A stretch of 63,992 nucleotides of DNA, filler included, from Choristocarpus tenellus KU-1152 (lineage: Eukaryota > Protista > Phaeophyceae): the NCBI GenBank assembly GCA_964200185.2. It is 9 parts of 9 records of this genome, joined end to end, with 100 filler letters (N's around TTAATTAATTAA, not from the genome) between each part and the next. Parts side by side here need not be neighbours in the genome. Positions count along the whole stretch, not along the records: positions 52,174 to 56,122 come from CAXNAD020016991.1; positions 56,223 to 60,959 come from CAXNAD020013268.1; positions 61,060 to 63,992 come from CAXNAD020023546.1; 6 more parts are not named here. One strand, written 5' to 3'. Shown in pieces: positions 53,204-63,992 of the stretch. How positions within the stretch are numbered: the stretch's first letter is position 1; each line of letters starts with the position of its first letter. Position numbers and translations under genes: made by a program. Below the pieces are notes generated by a model. The model saw nothing but the letters and a program-made list of their open reading frames with translations. It was not told the DNA's origin and searched no databases.

Positions 53204-53618
53204 ATAATAATAAATAAAAAAGAGGAGATGCGAGCGAAAGAGGAAGGGAGAAATAAAAATTGTAAGGAAGGTGGGGTTGAGGTATGCACATGAGAGAGGT
53301 CAATGGGTTCAAGCCAAGAAGAGACTGTACCTTGTTATGAGACATCCTCTTCCGAAAGCACCTAGAGTACTAGAAACTTCTTCCTGCTTGCCAAATTCAA
53401 TGAAGAAGGCCAGGCTGGGATGCGTTGTCCTGACCATGTGCTCAACTAAACACATCGTAGAATATGGCGACCTCGGCTCTCCCTGGCTCTTTCCTTCTCA
53501 TACAGTCTCTGGTCGAACACACTGCGACAACAACATGTTGCATCATTTCTGCAAAATTGACTCTTCCCTCTTCACTTCTTCCCGGTGCTTATCAACGACC
53601 CAAAGTATTTAAGAGAGT

Positions 53619-53743
53619 GGCTCAAAGTATCTGGGAGGGGGTGGCGGCTGTCCATGTGGGGTCAATTTTTTTCATGTCACGATTTTGGTCCAAATGGACA
53701 CCCTGGTGTAGCCCCCCCCCCCCCCTCCCAGATACTTTGGGTC
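53619..53743 (+). mobile_element. MITE-B nested in the host TIR, AGT duplication
   Basis: agt[ggctcaaagtatct...agatactttgggtc]agt. Confidence 0.9.
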
Positions 53744-53831
53744 AGTAGGGTCGAGTCCGTTCGGGGTCATAGATCCAATGTTGCGATTTTTGACATAATT
53801 TTGGTCATCGTGTTTGTTTGCAAGTGTCAAT

Positions 53832-54094
53832 GAGTGAAAGTATGTTAGGGTTAGGGTACGAGTTTTGCCCTGTTTGTCCGTTTGGGGCTTGACTTCCCAC
53901 AGGTTTGTTTATAACATTTTCCTACTCCGAAATATTTTGGAGTAGGTAAAATGTGTACTTTATGAAAGGGTGTACTTGGAAGAAGGATATGGACACTTCA
54001 TAACAAACACGATAGCCAAAATTACATCAAAATGGCAACATTCGATTTTGGTCCCCAAGCGGACGCGGCTCTACCATCCAAGATACTTTGACTC
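53832..54094 (-). mobile_element. MITE-A nested in the host, AAT duplication
   Basis: gtgtc-aat[gagtgaaagtat...agatactttgactc]aat-gtccttgctccgg restores the MITE-A interior. Confidence 0.9.
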
Positions 54095-55069
54095 AATGTC
54101 CTTGCTCCGGACACACCTTTCATGGCCATATGCATATTAGGTAACTGCGTTCACACAGTAAACCGAAAAGGGGGCAATAAAAAACCGTGGTGGGAAGCCA
54201 AGCCCCAAACGGACAAACAGGGCAGAACACCTACTCTCTTGAACACTTTGGGTCAAATTCAGATGGTCCTCGAAACAGAGTATTTTCCAACAAGACACCC
54301 CTGACTAGATCACAATCTAGGTGCATCTGTTGTTACAACTTGATTTGTAGGGAAATGTCGTTACTAACTCTCAGTATCGGTGGGGCGTGTAGAGGTCAAT
54401 GGGATCCTATACTCAGCAGGGATTGCGACCTGTAGAATAGATCGTACGCTTCTTCTTGGATCATTTACATTGCTGCAGAGCCAAAGTAAACGAGAGGCAC
54501 CCAGGTTTTGGCCGTTTTGCACTTGTTAGGCATTTTCCAATCCATTGTAATTCACCGACAGTTCTATGGATGATGTGCTAAATTGTACTTGAGAAGGTTG
54601 ACTTCTCTGTTGCTTGAAACGTACCGAAACTATTCGGAAAATATCCTGTACTCATGTGTAAAAAAATTCCGAATTTTGCACATGTTTGTCAGCATCCTTA
54701 AACTGCAACCCTGGGTACCTCTTGTATATGTTGACTCTGAATTGATAATTGTACGTGATACAGTCCTTTTCGGAGCACTCTGTCTTAATGTGAACACCAT
54801 GTAGCCCCCCAGAAGAGTCTGAGACCATCAGCCTTTAGATCTGCCGTAGGCATCACAAACTGAGTAGTGTGTTCAAGACTGTCATAATTACATCTCTTCC
54901 ACTTCTCACCTGAAGACTAATATACACTCTTACTAGCTTATCTAGCTTGGTACTCCCTGGACGTAGTGACTCACTTGCCCTCAGCAACAGCACGTTTAGC
55001 AAGCAAGCATAATTGAATAATAGATGCGATCACTGCACGGCTAGAAAGAGGACAAAGTGAAGCTGACCT

Positions 55070-55295
55070 GAGCCAAGTATCTTAGAGGGTAGATCCGCGT
55101 CCATTTGGGGGCCAAAACCCGTGTTTGCTAGGAAGTGTCAATATCCATATTCTGGACACACCATTTCATAATGCATATATTTTACCTACTCTGAAGTATT
55201 TTGGAGTAGGAAAATGTCATTAAAAAAAACATGGGAAGCCAAGTCCCAAATGGACAAACAGGGCAAAACTCGCACCCTCTAAGATACTTTCACTC
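55070..55295 (+). mobile_element. MITE-A copy (ACCT/ACTT imperfect duplication)
   Basis: gagccaagtatcttagagggta...ccctctaagatactttcactc. Confidence 0.88.
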
Positions 55296-55509
55296 ACTTG
55301 ACAAAAGAGTTCAGGAGAGCTTCAACCAACTAGGAACAAGGCCGCTTCACCGGACCTGACATTCACCATGTTCACTGTCTACCGTATGTGGACCGTGGCC
55401 CAGCCATGTTGAAACAGTTGACGACCATGGACCGCCCATGTTCAAACTTAGTTGTACAGGGTTGACCAACAGCCCCAATGGCGTTCAGTAGTGACGGCAA
55501 TGGACTCAG

Positions 55510-55699
55510 GGCTCAAAGTATCTGGGGGGGGGGGGCGGTGGCGACTATCTATTTGGGGCCCATTCTTCCATGTCACAATTTTGGGGTGATTTGGTTGTAT
55601 GTGACGGATGGATAATGCAAGTGCACCTTTCCTGGTCAGGGTCCGAATGGACACCCTGGTGTAGACCCCTTCTCCCTCCCCCCCAAGATAATTTGAGTC
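55510..55699 (+). mobile_element. MITE-B copy, TCAG duplication
   Basis: tcag[ggctcaaagtatct...agataatttgagtc]tcag. Confidence 0.88.
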
Positions 55700-55723
55700 T
55701 CAGCCATGGTAGGATATTTATCT

Positions 55724-55979
55724 GAGTGAAAGTATCTTAGAGGGTACGAGTTTTTCCCAATTTGTCTATTTGGGGCTTGGCTGCCCACAGGTTGTTAATG
55801 ACATTTTACCTACTCCAAAATATTTCGGAGTAGGTAAAATGTGTATGTTATGAAAAGTAGTGTCCGGAACAAGGATATTGACACCTCCGAACAAAAATGG
55901 CCAAAATTACATCAAAACTGCAACATTGGATTTTGGCCCCCAAATGGACGCGGCTCTACCCACTAAGATACTTTGACTC
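55724..55979 (-). mobile_element. MITE-A full copy, ATCT duplication
   Basis: atct[gagtgaaagtatcttagagggtac...ctaagatactttgactc]atct. Confidence 0.92.
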
Positions 55980-56122
55980 ATCTATGGAAATGCAGGGGGT
56001 TTTTTTTGGCACTCAGGTCAGCCATGTCATGGCCATGGCTCCATTCATCGTTTACTTGTATCTTGCGTACTATACTACTACTGTAAATACTAAATATTAA
56101 ATTCATAATCTAATAAGAGTAG

Positions 56123-56222
56123 NNNNNNNNNNNNNNNNNNNNNNNNNNNNNNNNNNNNNNNNNNNNTTAATTAATTAANNNNNNNNNNNNNNNNNNNNNN
56201 NNNNNNNNNNNNNNNNNNNNNN
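56123..56222. other. Artificial contig linker
   Basis: N44-TTAATTAATTAA-N44. Confidence 0.97.
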
Positions 56223-59200
56223 CCCCCCCAGATACTTTGACCCTATCAGTTCTCCCTTTGATTACGTGGGAAGGTGAAGATATGATGCTTTGGAGTGCTA
56301 CTGGTCTCTTAACACCTTTTTCAGAACAAGTGGTACATTGCTCACATATTATGTGCCAAACATCAGTTAGGAACATCTACTACTACGGGTGGAATTAGAT
56401 AGAGGTGGAATGGTGAATATTCGATTCATTGTGAAAAATGAGACTGAGTGAATCTTTCAATTGCCACAGGTGTCTGTCCGTCCACCACAGCTCTGCAGAA
56501 GAACGAAGCTCCTACAGACATGTGTATGACCTACCTTCCTGCAAGAGGGGTGGAGGGAGTAATCCATCCTGAAAGTTCATGTTTCCCGTTTATATTCTTA
56601 CCATAATTCTCACTGAACTAGCACTTTGTGGTTTAGGCATAATATGGTAGAGAATATTGAAATTGTTTATTCAGTCACGGGAAAATGACTCCAGACTGAT
56701 TGGTCAGTTTTTATAGCATCCTTCAAACAATTCGTCAATGTGGTATAGTAATAACAAATATCAGATTGTGTTCTCAATAGTGAAAGTATCCCCTTTCAAC
56801 CATGATGTAGACGTACTATACTATGCATAAAACAATAATAGTGGTGTATTTGGCGGTTTGTGTCACTACAATGCTAGTACTAAATAGAGTGAACTTCTCA
56901 ACAAATATTTTTTCAAGCAATGAGTTCATTACTTCAATAGCAAATTTACTACAAATTATGCCTATCACAGGACAAATCACTACATAAATATATATATTTC
57001 TAGTCAGCTGATCTCGCTCCAGTTTTTCACACATATATTTACACATACACAACAATATATGTATGTGTGTACATGGCCAACCTATATGAAAGATCTTGCA
57101 GTGAGAAAGGCAGCGAGCTGAGGTAATGAAGGTTGCTTCTCAGAAGTCACATCCAACACCTGCTGTCTCAATCTGACCATATACTATTACTGAGAGCAGG
57201 GCATAGAGGCAGGGAAGAATCCTTTCCATGTACAGGGATACCATATTGTACTCAAGGGTTGTGGAGTCTGCTTCTGGGCATTGACACTACTGTCTGAAGC
57301 TTTGAGTGGGTCCCAGAGGAAGGAGTATGGAAATAAGGCGTTGCATAGAGAGATTATAAGAAAGAAACACATAGGTATACTGTAGAATATTGTAGTAATA
57401 TATGAAGGTATCTGTATAGTATGAACAACTTGAACCCTTAATTGTCAAAATGTTTGCTGTGCTTACTGTCTTGTAGTACAGTGGTTGTAGTAGATATATA
57501 ACCGGAATATACATGGAGGTGAAGGTGCTTCTCCATTGACTGGTTCATACGAAGAAGCTTGAAAAGCATTTCACGGCTTGACCTTTTTTTGGTGGAAGGG
57601 GCAAGAAGCACCGATTGTAGTGTGTTCCTTCTGTGCCTGTGCAACAAACACAACAAATCGATGGATCTTTATGTTGAAGCACTACCGTTTTGTTATTATT
57701 GCATTGCACTATTACTACACCTCTACCTGTGGTGTCCGAATCCACACAAATTATTCACAAAAGCGAGAAGAGCATTCTGTCGAACACTCCTTCCATACTG
57801 ATATCAATTGGTTTGTGCAGTTTCGAAATAATTTCGACAAACGTATTCCATTACAGCTATAGGCGAGGGGCTTTCTGTACAGACTGGTTGCATCTCACCC
57901 AACCAACACCTCCTCTTGCGGATCCCATCATCAGGGTACATGTCATGTGTATGTACATACTTACTATTGAGCCCACATCGGTCTCGCTTGTTCATGTCTG
58001 TTCGGAGATACCACCCAGCGATATGAGATGTAATGAAATATCATGCGCACTCTTGGAGAAACAACAAACACCACAATATCCAGTATTTATTATTATTATC
58101 CCTATGACATTTTGCAGATGTGTAGTATATCCAGTATTCTTCGTGTGGATATTATTTCATTATTATATTGTACGGAGTATATTAGAGCTTTATCGGATAA
58201 CGATACACGAAATTGAATAACTTACGGTTGCAACCATCAAACACCACGACGACTATGAATAACTTACACTAAGTTACAAAATGTGCTCTTGATCATTCGA
58301 TCGAGTCGATTCCTCCAGAATTAAAATGGAAGAAACGGAGCCTCGATCGTAATGGAAACCTTCCGATTCTTTTCAATTTCTTTCTTACGTGAGACTACAC
58401 TTTGCTACTTGCTTTAACGTCCTCACAGTACTCTGTAGTTCCTCAAGGCGAGCTCACGTCCCTCACCACCTTGAGCACCTTGCCTCGAACTCCGCACACA
58501 TTCTCTTACTCAATCTATCACATCAAATCGATTCAAGCTGACTGATGATATACCCCAACCTTTACTACTTCAATTCTGAGTGTTAGACCATTCGGTGTCG
58601 TGATGGTACCACTAAAATTAGTAAGAGCAATTCAAAGCTGGAAGCATGTGTGCACTTCAGTCTATATGTGCATTGCATTTCAAAGGCAAGCAGATGTGCG
58701 CTCCAGAAAACAATACAGAGAATGTCCTCCATGCTGACTATCATGTCAATGAACTATCGCTTCAATCCACATCATATCCTTATCACCAAAAAAACGCACC
58801 TACTTCTAACAATATCATTATTATTATTATTATTATTATTATGAAAATGAGGAGACATCTAGTGTGTACATTGCTTCAGACATGCGTAGTCCATTACAAA
58901 AACAAGAACATCAAGAGACTTCAAACTCGATAATCGAACCTATCATATATATAGCCCCTAGCGAAACACAACCTGGACAAGCAAGGGTGCAACTCTCGTG
59001 CCATGACAAGCAAGGGTACACCACAACACAAAAACTTTCACAAAGCCAAGTTGATGCAGCTACTCTGCCAACTCCACAACACCAACACCAACACCAATGC
59101 CAATCAACTCAAAGGTTCTCAGCAGCGGGGCATTTTTCAGACGGGTTGTGAACTAGTTCTGAGATTTCTTCCCTTCTGCTGACTTGGAAGCAGTCAGTTA

Positions 59201-60850
59201 GCGGAATGAGAAGTCAGTATGCATTTTTACTCTGAAAGACAAAAAGTAATTACAAATACACTTACCATTGTTGTCAAAATGCCATTTTTTTTTTCAATGT
59301 TCTTAATGTACTGTGTTGCCAACTAAAAAGCCCTAAAAAATCTATTTTAAACAACGATCCAGCTCAGGAGATGATGGCATGTGTCCAACAACTGTTCACC
59401 TAATAAACAACCCACAACATCACATCGAATTGTACTGCTGGGTGATTGATGTCAGGGTCTGTGTACGAGCTGGAGTGTCCTCGAATATTGCACTGCAGAG
59501 GAAGAATGGGGAGAGGTGAACATGAGAGAGCATAGTGTATGTGTGTGTATGCCTGGGGGGGGGGGGGATTCTGTGTTTGACATGAATACAAGATTGACGT
59601 AAATAAATATCAAGGTAAAGATCGACCATCCTTCCAAGCGTGCAGGGCATTTTTTTTTTTTTGGGGGGGGGCAAAAGTATGTTGAAAATATGAAGCAGAA
59701 CAGTCAGTGCAAAGAATACTTTATTTTTTTCTTTTCTCTTCTTTGAATGAACCCTTTTCCTATTTCAAGAACTTTCTAGAATGTCTGACGTGGTTATGAT
59801 AAGTGAAATGATTAATGACCAAATTGTCCTGCAAGCACAGCACTGTGAAGCAAACAACCCATCAATACATCAATACATCAATATAGTGTTATCTTCTGTG
59901 TTTCACAAACACAAATGTAATTTACTCAGTACTGGAATACTCTCTATTGCAGAGCACCCTGCCGCCTGGGGGCAGAGGAGTTCCCAAATATTGGAACGGA
60001 TCACATCCTATACACTGCCATCTCTTGTCTTCTATCCCAAAACACTCTACCCTAAAAAGGGGGTTTGCCACCTGAAATTTTGTGATGTATTTTGACCCTC
60101 CTACCCCCCCCTCCTACCACAACCTTACCAGTACTACCTTTTGAGAGCAAAGACGTAACTGTATTAATCACACACACAAAACACCGCATGAACCTCATCA
60201 CCCAGGTGTCTCCTCCAAAATTTGAAAAAAATAAATAATTTCAAAAACAATAACACGAAGATGCTGCAGAACATGCTATTAACTATTAATTATTAATATG
60301 CTAACAAGAGCTGGAGCTTGCCGTTATTTAAAAAAAACAGGTACACAATGTACAGCACATTATGCGTATCAGTCCCTTGCTCTCATTGGTTAGTTAGGGA
60401 GTCACCGCAAACACACAAATAATTAATTTTTATTTGTTATCCCAAATTCGCCTCCTCCACCAGGGAGGTGTCCTTACATCAATTTTGGGAGAGTGTGTCT
60501 TCACCAGGTGTTGACGTAAAAAGTCAATTACAAATGAGATCTTTCAGATCCCCCCCTCCTAGCATGTAACTGAAATACACCGGCTCTATTATACTTTTTT
60601 TCTTCCATTTAAAAAAGAAAAGAAATCCCCTTCGCATGCCATGTAAAAACTCTAATAAACCCCCCCCAAATATTAGAATATATAAAAAAATGGCATCAAA
60701 TTGACGATGTTCAAACCCTAACCCTGACCCTAACCCTAGAGATGTTCCCTCGTATCACATTAGAGTCTATTCAACCGATCAACTTGCTTTCCACGATCAA
60801 ACTCAGGAACGTCCTTCCCAACAGTTCTCAACAGTTCTACACACCCTCTC

Positions 60851-60898
<48 letters not shown>

Positions 60899-60959
60899 AC
60901 CCCCCCCCACACACCCCCGCCCCCGCAAAAAAAAAAAAACACAAAAAAAACAAAAACAA

Positions 60960-61059
60960 NNNNNNNNNNNNNNNNNNNNNNNNNNNNNNNNNNNNNNNNN
61001 NNNTTAATTAATTAANNNNNNNNNNNNNNNNNNNNNNNNNNNNNNNNNNNNNNNNNNNN
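60960..61059. other. Artificial contig linker
   Basis: N44-TTAATTAATTAA-N44. Confidence 0.97.
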
Positions 61060-61215
61060 CCCCCCTTGCTACCTCCCCTATGTGTTCACAATGTGGTAGT
61101 CAGGGGTGGGGGAAGAGGTGGAGGGAGAGGGGGGGGGGGCAAATGGGAGGGGGAAAGACACGATGCAAGGTTACAACAAGGTAGGGTGCAGGTGGAAAAG
61201 CAGAGAGGAACAAAC

Positions 61216-61660
61216 CTGGTTGTGCATTACTTCTGTAATGTCCTGTAGCTTGAGTAGTCTACGGTTCTGGCCTTGTGCCACTGTCCAGGACTCCTTGGCG
61301 ACTAACGCAGTGAAGAGCTCCTGAAAAACAAGACGACACAAGAGGGAGGTCGAGGGGGGGAAAAACTGTTGCAGGGGTTAAGTATTATGCAGCAATTCAA
61401 AGCAAATCTATATCGCTCTCTCCTCCCTGCGGTTTTCATTTTTCGTTTTTTTTTCTATTTCTTTTTCGTACAAGGCATATATTATTATATTCTTTAGTAA
61501 GTACTCTCCTGTCCCAAAAAAAAAAAATTCGAGGAGGACCCCAAGAACATCTTACAATCTTACAATCTTACAAAGCCTGGAACGCAAGCCTTATGGTGTC
61601 CACGCCGCACATGTGCGAAGAGAACACTATATATATACATATATACATACATATAGATAC

Positions 61661-61697
<37 letters not shown>

Positions 61698-61706
61698 CAT
61701 ATATAC

Positions 61707-61737
<31 letters not shown>

Positions 61738-63499
61738 ACCAAGCCATCAGCGGATATCCAAGTGAACCTTCAACAAACAGCAAAAGCTTGTCCAACATAC
61801 ACTTGATGCACACTGGATAGAGCATTGGAGAGGACAGAGCGCTGGGCCAGACGACAAAACAAGAGTTCCTAGTTACCAACACTACGATGCCAATTGTGTG
61901 CACTTGAAAGTAAAAATACTCTGCAAACAGTAGTGCAGCGAAAAGGAGAAGTTAAGTCTGTAGAAAAACCCACCTGTTTTCTTACGGGGGTTTTCACACA
62001 CAGCACACACGCAGACGCACACACACATAACAGTAAAAAAAAGTAGAAGAAGAAATGTCACATGTACCGCAACCACCAAAAAACATTTTCGAGAGGCCTC
62101 TCTGCCGTCGATACAACCTGGTTCCACACGCTCCAATTCAATTATGTACCCATGGATGGTCACATACAGCACCTCAACAACATTCTCATTCAAAGAAAGG
62201 TAATACACAGTATCCTTTAAAATAGTATCCTGGATCACATATACCCTGTAGAGGAAGGACACCACAAAAACACCAATATTGATACGGCATGTACAGAGCA
62301 TCTGCTTGTCCTTACTAAGTACATCTTGCAGCTACACAGTCCTTCATCGCAATGCTAACTTGGCTACAGGGGTAAGACTTCCAGAACAAATGTCAACCAA
62401 AACCAACCTACAAGAAATAATATCGTAACGAATTGAGATCCTCCCACTCCCCGCCCCCCGCCAAGACTGACTGCTCCTGATAAAAGAACCATCACCCACA
62501 ATATCTGCATCTTGATTGTAGCCATTAAAATGCAATGAACATTTCGTTCTTGTAGTCCAGCCCCAAAGACAACACAAATCAACTTCAAAACACTACCTAA
62601 CACTGCAACAGCTCAAGATATTTCTGTTACAGCAACCAATCGAAAAAAACCTTGCCAAACAGTCACAATTTTTATGGGACTGTAGTGCACCGACTCTTGT
62701 AATCCAACTCAACTAGCCATTCGCAGCGCTTCAACAACACAAACATTTGCACAATCATAGCCCACTTGTGTCATCCAAGGGTTCTTCCCTCAGCGCAGAA
62801 GCACTTTTCAGCCTCAGCTAAATAAAATCAACACAACCCTTCTTTTCCTGCACTGGCTCTTTCAAGTACAGGGTTCATCATTGGCATCAGTGCATTACAT
62901 GTTTTACCCGGCACCACTACATACAACAAAACCCACCTGAAGCATATTAACGCTTCTGTCTGATATGGCTACGGAGAAGGTGAAAATCAGAAGAGTAAGG
63001 TGAGGGGGGGGGGGGAAGAATAGTCCAACAGCAACAGGAGGCGGACACTGGCTAAGGAGGATCAACTTCAATTTACAGTCCAGCACACAACAGCACCAGA
63101 AATATCAAGTTTCGACTATTTATCTCGTAGTATTAACAACAGCAAACCAGTTTACACTGTCAACAGGTGCATAATGCGCAAGGGGTCGGAATCATAATCA
63201 AGGGGAGGTTTTCTGGTGACAATTCAGCAACAACATGGTAATGACAACAGCAAAAAACCCTTCCAGATCCCTTCCACCTCCTGCTAAACCTTCTACATAC
63301 ATGGATCCTTCTTGAAACTCCTACACAACAGCCATCTAGCAACTGCTGCTGTGTGACACCGACGTACACAGTGGAGGAGGTGAAAGTCCAACACCCATTG
63401 CTCACACTGCACTCACCATAGCCTTTCCAATCATTGCTGTGGCCTCCTTCGTGACACTCTGGACATCCTGGTCCAGCTTAATTATCCGACCAACCCGCC
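61216..63499 (-). CDS. Histone-fold protein (POLE4/DPB3/CHRAC1/NF-YC-like), partial: exons 63499-63417 and 61320-61216
   Basis: The exons splice to RVGRIIKLDQDVQSVTKEATAMIGKAM|ELFTALVAKESWTVAQGQNRRLLKLQDITEVMHNQ, the H2A-like histone-fold pattern, with canonical AG/GT borders. Confidence 0.85.
61629..61737. repeat. (ATACAT)n microsatellite in an intron
   Basis: Seen directly. Confidence 0.95.
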
Positions 63500-63992
63500 C
63501 TGTGGTTCACCAAGTCATAAATCAGAGTTGGATCAGGTAATAGTATCAAGCATAGTATCAACGAACACGGCAGAAGGAGAGAGGGTGGCAGAGGGTGGTC
63601 ACAATACACATCTGTTACTCAAGTTAAATCCCCCTGTACACAGACAGAACATGAGCACAGCTCAAAACAGAAATAAAAAAATATACACGCTTCCAAAACA
63701 TGTGTAACCTCCCGCCCCACGATAACACACAAACTATCTATATCCCCTCAGTAGTGTGTACTACACTAAGCATAAGCATTTCAAGCATCAACATGGTAGA
63801 TGCACAAGTCCCAAGAGGAAAAAGTAGAGCTGGGGGGGGAAGTGTATGCCCCAGTTCACTCAACCAACAACACAAATTATGCAGAACTTTCACCAACATT
63901 ATTGTGGTTGTTGATACTTGGATACTTCTACCACAAAATAATTACAGGATACAGGGGACAGGGGGGGGGGGGGTCCCCCTCGGGGCTATTTT

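Larger units (their letters stand above)
53597..54254 (+). mobile_element. MITE-A-related host element carrying two nested MITEs
   Basis: 25-bp TIRs gacccaaagtatttaagagagtagg / cctactctcttgaacactttgggtc. The interior is homologous to MITE-A once the inserts are removed. Confidence 0.85.

Noticed and set aside
57400-59500. Exon-like segments on the minus strand
   Set aside because: I could not assemble a stop-free, recognisable product.
61560-61820. ORFs with MY/HI repeats, and poly-Pro/Gly ORFs at 52118 and 60742
   Set aside because: They are translations of microsatellites or low-quality homopolymer contig ends.

Overview
This is eukaryotic, intron-rich and transposon-rich nuclear DNA, not prokaryotic. 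The window is a concatenation of about nine contigs joined by artificial 100-nt linkers (N44-TTAATTAATTAA-N44 at 10978, 18480, 28545, 31410, 42749, 52074, 56123 and 60960), so adjacency across linkers means nothing. Host genes I can support are a complete 7-exon ING-family PHD-finger gene (19457-23766, with one GC-AG intron and a long acidic tail), a tRNA-Ala(TGC), the last exon of a ubiquitin-specific protease, and two exons of a POLE4/DPB3-type histone-fold gene. Most of the rest is decayed transposable elements: hAT, a PHD-containing putative Sola-like element, CRE and RTE LINEs, copia, DD39D mariner, a Tc1-like fragment and possibly gypsy. The RTE LINE resembles those of brown algae and related photosynthetic stramenopiles, which is a tentative lineage inference. 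The most distinctive signal is an abundant MITE group sharing the terminal motif G(A/G)NNNAAAGTAT(C/T)T. It has variable 3- or 4-bp target-site duplications and a central palindrome, inserts into its own copies (a triple nest at 53597-54254), and two copies carry TTAGGG in their termini. I found no intact CRISPR, Fanzor or other clear new enzymatic system.
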